From the NCBI GenBank assembly GCA_007117185.1, contig SKHA01000205.1, positions 1-40,987 of the forward strand: a DNA stretch of 40,987 nt, written 5' to 3'. Of the stretch, positions 34,673 to 40,987 are shown piece after piece. Below the pieces are notes generated by a model. The model worked only from the letters and a program-made list of their open reading frames with translations, made no database searches and was not told the DNA's origin. A program made the position numbers and the translations under genes. Source of the stretch: Spirochaeta sp. (GTDB taxonomy: Bacteria > Spirochaetota > Spirochaetia > DSM-27196 > Alkalispirochaetaceae). Every line of letters begins with the position of its first letter. Position 1 is the first letter of the stretch.

Positions 34673-37662
34673 TTCTCCTTCGATGTGTCTTTCAGATCCT
34701 GGATATCGATATTGCCGGTCTGGGGGTTGAACTCCACGGAAATACCCTTGCGAGAGGAGGTTACCTCGTAGATGCGTCCGTGGCTCTCGAAGACGGTTCC
34801 GCTGTGGACCGCTCCGTTGACAACCACCTTGCTGGGAAAATGCTGTTCGAAGCGTTCCCGCAGGGTGAACAGCCGCAGCCCCCGCTTTTCCATCAGCTTC
34901 AGGAGCTTCACCTTCTCCCGGCGCAGCTTCTCCAGGACGGCGGTCTTCTTCTCCCGTTCGGCCTGTCGCATCTCCCGGTCTATCCCCGAGATCCGCTGCT
35001 TTATCTTTTCAACTTCCTTCTCTTCCTTCTCGATCAGGTCACCGATGAGGTAGTCCTGACCGAAGGAGATGTGGGTGCGTACCCCCCGGCTCGAACCGAG
35101 GCTCTCCGCTTCGATCCCGTCGCGGGCGCGGATCTGCCCGCCCACGATGCGGCCCTGATCTCCCTGAAAGGTGATCCGACCGTTGCATTTGATCCGCGAG
35201 CGCACCAGAGCGCTCTTCAACACCACGTTGCCAACGGAGAGTACCGTGGCCAGCTCGACAAAGGGGCTGATAATGTTCTGTTTACTCCGCAGGACCGCTT
35301 TGCCGGCACCCTTGACGCCACCCTGGATCACGATGTCGCCATCCGAGGAGAGCAGGGCTCCCTCCACGCTTCCAGCGATCTTGATGTCTCCGGTGGCGAT
35401 GACGATGAACCCTGCCCGGACAGTACCGCCGATCAGCACCGACCCGGGAAAGCGGATGTTTCCGACGGAGAGATCCACATCGCCCTTGACGGTATGGGTA
35501 CTGACGATATCCAGCTTCTTGCCGTTTGAGAGCAGCTCCCCCTCTATGGAAGCGCGAATGACGATCGTCCCGTCCTCAAGCTCCTCCTTGGTCACGTTTT
35601 CGCCCAGCTCAAGGGCGGTGCCGCTCACCGTTTGCGCCGGGATGGCGTTTCCCAGCACATCAGAGCCCTCAACGGGGTCCTGATGCGATGGCAGAATACG
35701 ACAGATCTCCTGATTCTTTTCGACGGTGAGAATGGTGTTCAGGTTCCTGAAGTCCGCCGTTCCATCCTTGCGGATGCGTACCGAACCCCCTTCGTTGCCG
35801 TGAACCTGGAACTCCACCTGGTTTTCCGTCTGGTGGATAGGCTCCGTACCGGTGGCCACCGCCAGCTCGCGTACCACCGTTCCCGCTGCAGCAGCCTCCA
35901 GCGCTTTGGTGACCACTTCGTCGTCCAGACCGTAGACCACTCCGGCCCGTGCCAGCGCCGCGTCAACGTCCTCCCGGGAGAGTCGGCGACCGCTGCCGGC
36001 GCCCTCCTGGAGAGACAGGTACCCGGTCATCCGATCCGGGGAAATCTCCACCGCTATCGATGCGTCCTGGTGCGGCCGTACCCGCAGCAGCGTCTGCCCG
36101 TCCACCTCGGCCAGATCCAGAACTCCACCGGATGTGGAGATGATCCTGACATCCTTCTGCTGCAGGTTTTCAAAGAGGCGGATCTCCGGCTCCGGAGCGG
36201 GCTCTCCAGGAATGATTACCCCGTACACATCCATGCCGGACTCCCCCGGGGTTGGAGGGTCGAAGGTGCAGATCAATTGTTCCTTCTGTACCGGCGCAGT
36301 CTTTGTGATCATCTCTGCCGGGAAATCCTCCAGCGAGGGCAGATGCGCATCTCCGACAACGGCATCGGTGGCGTCCAGAACTTCCCGGAACTGTTGTACC
36401 TGCGCCCTGGTTTTCTCCGGCTTGTCAAAGGTGACGGCGAACTCCATCTGTCGCGTCGGCCCCGGTACCGCCGCCTGTCCTTCGCTCAGGACGTACCCGG
36501 TGAGGTCCATCTCGGCACTCTTGTAGAAACGGGTGATCTCGTCGCGAATCTTCTCGAGATCCAGATTCTTCAGTTTGCTGTCCCTGATCGCTGTGCCGAT
36601 TTCCCGGAGGGTCAGCCGTTTGCCCCGACCCTTACCCTTGTGAATATTGAGAACCGCAGTGAGCCTGTCTTCGCTCACCTCGATGTCGAAGGCGCCGTCC
36701 CGGGAGACGCTGATGGGAAAGGGTTCTCCCGGGGTGGGGCTCTGTTCCAGCAGCGCCGTGATCTCCGCAGCGTCCAGCAGCGACTCCCGGGGGTATTCCA
36801 ACTCCTCCGCCGCGCGGAGTATCTCCTGCGGGTCCGGCGGCGGTGCGGTCTCGCTCCCGGGGGTGTAGCTCAGAAGACAGGTGGCCCGATCGGGAGTGAG
36901 TTCCACCGACCAGGTGTGCTGCTTCCACCGCACCAGATCGGCCCAGTTGCGTCCCACCCGGACAAATCCGGCTGCGGTGGTGACCAGCGCGCCGTTGCGG
37001 ATCTCCAGTCCGTCTCCAGGGTAAAACCCGGGGTCCGGCAACGTACGCACCGGGATGGTACGCCCGTAGACATCACGACCGGGGATTCCCGGGGTATGCG
37101 GCGAGACCGGGCCCAACGGTGTGTTTTCGTCAGCCCAGAAACTTCGAATCACCGTCGGATCGATGAAGACCTTTTCCCTGGTTGAAACCGTTTCGGTCAC
37201 GGTGACCTTCTCGGTGGATGAGAGACCCAGAGCTCCCTTGCGGGTGACCTCCTTCTCCCGCTCCACCTGCTGGTGAACCGTCCGAAAGACCTCCGGCGGG
37301 TTCGCCTGGGCCAGAACTTCCTGTTGGGTCTGTTCTAGTTCCGGGGGAGTGGCTGTATCCACCCACCGCGGCTGCTCCGGTTCCGGGGGGATCGCCGTGA
37401 CCCCCTCCATGATCACCTCGTTTACCGGGCCGGCGGCCCTGGATGCGGTTCCAAGAAACGCCTGGAGAGTATCGTCTTCCGGCAGCGGCTTGACCTTTCT
37501 CTCCTGCAGCGCTGCCCGCAGCCGCGCTACGTCCCAGCTGTCCCCGTCCCCTGATTTCTCGAAGGTGAACTGTACGGTAAGGGGAGGGTCGCTGACGGTG
37601 ATCTTCAAGACACCGGTGACGGCGAGAGCGGCGCTGGATGATGTGTGTTTCTGTTCTGCCAT
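34669..37662 (-). CDS. FapA (DUF342) family protein with repeated N-terminal modules
   Basis: DGTADFRNL, G.DVLG..IP, VKGDVDLSVGNIRFPGSV.I.G.V..GF beta-helix, GRIVGG.IRA, C-terminal coiled coil. Confidence 0.88.
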   Translation of the reverse strand: MAEQKHTSSSAALAVTGVLKITVSDPPLTVQFTFEKSGDGDSWDVARLRAALQERKVKPLPEDDTLQAFLGTASRAAGPVNEVIMEGVTAIPPEPEQPRWVDTATPPELEQTQQEVLAQANPPEVFRTVHQQVEREKEVTRKGALGLSSTEKVTVTETVSTREKVFIDPTVIRSFWADENTPLGPVSPHTPGIPGRDVYGRTIPVRTLPDPGFYPGDGLEIRNGALVTTAAGFVRVGRNWADLVRWKQHTWSVELTPDRATCLLSYTPGSETAPPPDPQEILRAAEELEYPRESLLDAAEITALLEQSPTPGEPFPISVSRDGAFDIEVSEDRLTAVLNIHKGKGRGKRLTLREIGTAIRDSKLKNLDLEKIRDEITRFYKSAEMDLTGYVLSEGQAAVPGPTRQMEFAVTFDKPEKTRAQVQQFREVLDATDAVVGDAHLPSLEDFPAEMITKTAPVQKEQLICTFDPPTPGESGMDVYGVIIPGEPAPEPEIRLFENLQQKDVRIISTSGGVLDLAEVDGQTLLRVRPHQDASIAVEISPDRMTGYLSLQEGAGSGRRLSREDVDAALARAGVVYGLDDEVVTKALEAAAAGTVVRELAVATGTEPIHQTENQVEFQVHGNEGGSVRIRKDGTADFRNLNTILTVEKNQEICRILPSHQDPVEGSDVLGNAIPAQTVSGTALELGENVTKEELEDGTIVIRASIEGELLSNGKKLDIVSTHTVKGDVDLSVGNIRFPGSVLIGGTVRAGFIVIATGDIKIAGSVEGALLSSDGDIVIQGGVKGAGKAVLRSKQNIISPFVELATVLSVGNVVLKSALVRSRIKCNGRITFQGDQGRIVGGQIRARDGIEAESLGSSRGVRTHISFGQDYLIGDLIEKEEKEVEKIKQRISGIDREMRQAEREKKTAVLEKLRREKVKLLKLMEKRGLRLFTLRERFEQHFPSKVVVNGAVHSGTVFESHGRIYEVTSSRKGISVEFNPQTGNIDIQDLKDTSKEK

Positions 37663-38807
37663 CAGATCGAGAACCCCTGATCAACCGCCGTGAGCAGCTT
37701 TTTTCGGTACAGGTCCAGCTGCCGGCGAAGCTGCGTAATTTCGTGCTGCTGGCTCTTGACCGTCTCGATCAGGTCTCCGGTGGAGAGCGTCCCAGTATCC
37801 AGCAGGTCCTCAATATAGCTTAGTTTACCCGCAAAATCCTGCTCTGCTTCCGCTTCGGCGGCCTCGAAGGAGTCGTTGATCACCTCCAGATCCAGTACGG
37901 ATTCGTCGGTATCCTCTTCCATTTGCAGGATCTTCTCGCAGATACGGTAGATCGCCTGAGAGAGAACCGACCCGGGCTTGTAGCGGATGATGGGCAGTCG
38001 TGCCCGCAGGGCAGTGTCCTGCAGTTCATCACGGTAGATTACCCCCAGGTGCAGCAGATCCAGGTCCAGGTACTGCTGGGTACTCCGGCGCAGGCGGTTG
38101 ACCTTCTCAGCATCCTTGGGATCATCGATCATGTTCATGATCAGCCGCGGCTGGAACGAACGCAGGGCTCGACGAAACCGCAGTCCCGCCTCAGAGTCGT
38201 GCGTGTCCAGCTCCCGGGCGATCTGGGGCAGATAGATCTGCCGTAACCCCGAGCGATCAGAAAAGAGCTCCTTCACGTACTTCGCTCCGGCTCCCCGGGT
38301 GCCCACAGCGCTCTGCAGAATGCGGAACGCGGCATTCTTGAGGAACAGATACGCGCTGACCGTGGCGGTGGGAGTGGGGTTTGTGCAAATGATCCCGTGG
38401 CTGGAAGTGAGAAAGAAGTCCAGGGTGGTCTGCCCCGTTCCCGCTCCGAGGTCGATGATGAGGTAGTCTGCATCCAGGGCGGTGAGCCGGCGAATGAGCA
38501 GGCGTTTTTGCGACGCGGTGAGGTTGGCCAGCCCGGGAATCTCCGCGTCTCCGGCGAGAAAGAGGAGGTTGGGTACGTCTGTCTGCTGCAGCAACGCGGT
38601 GATCTGATCCTTCGGTGAATCCAGAAAGGAACCGATTGACCCGGTGACGCTGGGCATTCCCAGAATGAGGTGGAGATTGGACCCACCCAGGTCAAGATCC
38701 GCCAGGACAACCCGCTTGCCCGCCTGAGCCAGCGCAATGGCCAGATTGGCGGCCACCAGCGACTTCCCCACTCCCCCTTTTCCACTGGCAACAGGCACAA
38801 TATGCAT
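37662..38807 (-). CDS. MinD/FlhG/ParA family P-loop ATPase
   Basis: ASGKGGVGKS, DLDLGGSNLH, IIDLGAG, TATVSAYLFLK, C-terminal coiled coil. Start ATG 38807 after GCAGGGAGG. Confidence 0.9.
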   Translation of the reverse strand: MHIVPVASGKGGVGKSLVAANLAIALAQAGKRVVLADLDLGGSNLHLILGMPSVTGSIGSFLDSPKDQITALLQQTDVPNLLFLAGDAEIPGLANLTASQKRLLIRRLTALDADYLIIDLGAGTGQTTLDFFLTSSHGIICTNPTPTATVSAYLFLKNAAFRILQSAVGTRGAGAKYVKELFSDRSGLRQIYLPQIARELDTHDSEAGLRFRRALRSFQPRLIMNMIDDPKDAEKVNRLRRSTQQYLDLDLLHLGVIYRDELQDTALRARLPIIRYKPGSVLSQAIYRICEKILQMEEDTDESVLDLEVINDSFEAAEAEAEQDFAGKLSYIEDLLDTGTLSTGDLIETVKSQQHEITQLRRQLDLYRKKLLTAVDQGFSI

Positions 38808-39208
38808 CAGGAAGCCTCCCTGCTCCGCCCGTATAGTAGCAGAAAAAGGAGAATCACGAAATCTGCCAGCAGCAGAATCGATGCAACCATCGAAACGGCT
38901 CCAGGGGCTTGCGGCAGGAGTGGCATGGGTGAGCGCAGAATCTGCAGCATCAGCACCACCATTGCCACCGTTTCCAGGATCTTTGCGGAGGTGAGGATCT
39001 CGGTGAGGCTGGTCGCCACGGACCGGTGGGCGGCCAGGGCGAGGCGGAACGAGAGGAGGGGTACGATCAGCCCGGTAGACGCAACGGCGACGAGAAGACT
39101 CCATCGGGCCCCGCCAGTCCCGCCCAGAACCATCGCCAGGGGCAGTGCCAGAGCGAGGAATCTGACCAGCTGATACGCGGTAATCGCCAGAATGATCGTC
39201 TTTTTCAT
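38807..39208 (-). CDS. Hypothetical 4-TM membrane protein
   Basis: MKKTIILAI... with four hydrophobic helices. Stop overlaps the MinD-like start (TGATG). Upstream TTGACC, 18 bp, TAGACT (39253-39224). Confidence 0.75.
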   Translation of the reverse strand: MKKTIILAITAYQLVRFLALALPLAMVLGGTGGARWSLLVAVASTGLIVPLLSFRLALAAHRSVATSLTEILTSAKILETVAMVVLMLQILRSPMPLLPQAPGAVSMVASILLLADFVILLFLLLYGRSREAS

Positions 39209-39285
39209 GGTGGTAGTGCCCAAAGTCTACGCATCGGTCCTTGCTGTGGTCAACCTGCGTGACTACATTAAGGGCAGGAGGACCT

Positions 39286-40677
39286 ATGAGTGAAAATACA
39301 CCCCGGGACAGCCGCAAGCTCTGGATCGGTTTTTCCGCAGGATTGCTGGCTCTCTTGCTGGCGGTGTCGTTTGTACCGGTTCTTCCCGCGCAGGGCGGGC
39401 AGAGTACTCCGGATCAGTCCCTGGCTCTCTTCGAGCAGGTTTACCGCTTCATTCAGCGGAACTATGTCGACGATGTGGACCCGGCGGTGCTTATCGAGGG
39501 CGCCCTGCAGGGGATGTTCGACGCCCTGGACGATCCTCATTCGGCCTACCTGCTTCCCGATCAGATGCGAGGTCTCACCGATACCACCAGTGGTGAGTTC
39601 GGCGGGGTTGGAATGTACATCAATAAACCGGTGGCCCGGGAGGGGGCGGGGCAGTACATCGAGGTTGTCTCGCCAATCGAGGACACCCCGGCGTTTCGGG
39701 CGGGGCTGCTCGCTGGTGACCGCATAAAAGAGGTGGAGGGACAGTCCACGGCGGAGCTTACCACTGATCAGGTGGTGGATCTGCTTCGGGGCCGTCCCGG
39801 AACTGAGGTGACGGTGACGATCCTGCGGGGTGCCGACATCGAGTTTCCCGTCACCCTGGAACGGGCGATCATTCAGATCCCGACGGTAAAGTGGGATATG
39901 ATCGACCGGCAGATCGCCTTCCTCAGAATCATTCAGTTTACCCCCCACACCGCAGACCGAGTTCGCGAGGCGCTGCAGGATTTTCGTGCGGCCGGGTACC
40001 GGTCGATGATCCTGGATCTCAGGTCCAACCCCGGGGGGTTGCTCAACGGTGTGGTCGACGTAGCGGACCTCTTTTTCGACGGCGGCATGGTGGTGGAAAC
40101 CCGCGGGCGGGTTGCCGGTGAAAACCAGGCGTTCAACGCCCGTTCCGGTTCCATTGTCCCCGGTGATATCGAGATCGTCGTTCTGATCGACAGCGGGTCC
40201 GCTTCGGCAGCTGAGATTCTTGCGGCGGCCCTCAAGGACCGGGATCGGGCGCTGCTCATGGGAACCACCACCTTCGGCAAGGGCTCGGTCCAGCAGGTTC
40301 GGCGCATTGGTGACGGCGGATTCCGGTTGACCATGTCACGGTACTACACCCCCGCCGGAATCAGCATCGATCGCAGCGGCATTGCCCCTGACATCGAGGT
40401 AGCGGAGCCGGAGTTGAGCGACGAGCAGCAGCAGGCGTACGCCCAGATTCGCCGGGAGAACCTGCTGCGGGACTTTCTTGCCGACCAGCCCGACCCGAGT
40501 GCCGCTGCGGTCAGTGGTTTTATCGCCGACCTTCGACGGCGGGGGCTCGACCCGGGAGACCGGCTGCTCCGGCGTCTCATTCGCATGGAAGTCAACCGCA
40601 TCAACAACCGCGAAGAGGTCTACGACCTGGAGTTCGATACGGTGTTACAGCGCGCGGTGGAGCACCTGCGGAGGTAG
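39286..40677 (+). CDS. ctpA: Carboxyl-terminal processing protease (S41A, PDZ)
   Basis: LDDPHSAY, FGGVG, PDZ domain, LDLRSNPGG, SASAAEI, TFGKGSVQ, RYYTPAG. SD AGGAGG; promoter TTGCTG, 17 bp, TACATT (39241-39269). Confidence 0.93.
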   Translation: MSENTPRDSRKLWIGFSAGLLALLLAVSFVPVLPAQGGQSTPDQSLALFEQVYRFIQRNYVDDVDPAVLIEGALQGMFDALDDPHSAYLLPDQMRGLTDTTSGEFGGVGMYINKPVAREGAGQYIEVVSPIEDTPAFRAGLLAGDRIKEVEGQSTAELTTDQVVDLLRGRPGTEVTVTILRGADIEFPVTLERAIIQIPTVKWDMIDRQIAFLRIIQFTPHTADRVREALQDFRAAGYRSMILDLRSNPGGLLNGVVDVADLFFDGGMVVETRGRVAGENQAFNARSGSIVPGDIEIVVLIDSGSASAAEILAAALKDRDRALLMGTTTFGKGSVQQVRRIGDGGFRLTMSRYYTPAGISIDRSGIAPDIEVAEPELSDEQQQAYAQIRRENLLRDFLADQPDPSAAAVSGFIADLRRRGLDPGDRLLRRLIRMEVNRINNREEVYDLEFDTVLQRAVEHLRR

Positions 40678-40678
40678 C

Positions 40679-40987
40679 GTGCGGCACCTGATCCTCAAGG
40701 ACCCACCCCCTCCGGGTGAGTCGGTGGTGCTTCCACTGCGGTTTCGCCGTTACCTGGTGGATGTCCGGCGGCTGAGTCGGGGCGACACGGTAGACTACGC
40801 TGACGGCGCCGGTCGTGTGGGAGCGGCGGAGGTGGTGGCGGTGCAGCCGGACTCGGTGACGGTGCGTATCGTCTCATCTGAACCGGCGCCGGCGGCGGGG
40901 ACGCCGCCGGGGGTTGGTCCGCTGGAGGTGTATCTGCCCCTTCTCAAGGGGAAGGGGTTTGATCGTGTCCTGCGATCGGTTACCGAG
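40679..40987 (+). CDS. rsmE: 16S rRNA m3U1498 methyltransferase, 3'-truncated (absent from ORF track)
   Basis: GTG after GGAGG: MRHLIL...RYLVDVRRLSRGD...DGAG...LPLLKGKGFDRVLRSVTE, matching the RsmE 'HL..V.R...GD' and 'KG..FD..L...TELG' patterns. Confidence 0.78.
   Translation, partial: MRHLILKDPPPPGESVVLPLRFRRYLVDVRRLSRGDTVDYADGAGRVGAAEVVAVQPDSVTVRIVSSEPAPAAGTPPGVGPLEVYLPLLKGKGFDRVLRSVTE

Noticed and set aside
38808-39317. 170-aa N-terminal extension of the MinD-like ORF
   Set aside because: It overlaps a better-supported membrane gene and ctpA. The ATPase domain begins at ATG 38807 with an SD.
1-40987. Defence, prophage or integrative-element cargo
   Set aside because: No integrase, transposase, phage, toxin-antitoxin or restriction motifs seen. 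Composition is uniform apart from short intergenic tracts.

Overview
GC-rich bacterial chromosomal window with about 33 densely packed CDSs. The gene content (archaeal/eukaryote-type ProRS, DUF2259, multi-repeat FapA, divergent DAACS transporter, GAF-HD-GYP with insertion) suggests a free-living spirochaete (inference). Main blocks: lysA; PTS IIA; a DUF151-malQ-GH13-acyl-ACP thioesterase run; nadE; a degenerate SDR-like plus DAACS pair; an OMP; proS; a polyprenol/phytol-kinase-like gene with a sigma-54 promoter; GH3 NagZ lipoprotein; a ROK-regulated alpha-glucoside ABC transporter with a GH65 phosphorylase and two visible operators; a carotenoid desaturase preceded by a ~150-bp element with terminal inverted repeats; HD-GYP; yidD; zinc-free rpmB and rpmG (rpmG is missing from the ORF track); plsC-like, lnt and lgt; a coupled membrane protein-MinD-like-FapA-lgt operon; ctpA; and a partial rsmE. 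I found no rRNA, tRNA, CRISPR array, transposase, phage or defence genes. The most notable signals are pervasive leaderless promoter architecture, the sigma-54 promoter abutting its start codon, the MITE-like element, a possible glucosylglycerol/nigerose-type scavenging regulon, and tandem micro-duplications sitting on stop codons. All family calls come from motif recognition by eye, with no database searches.
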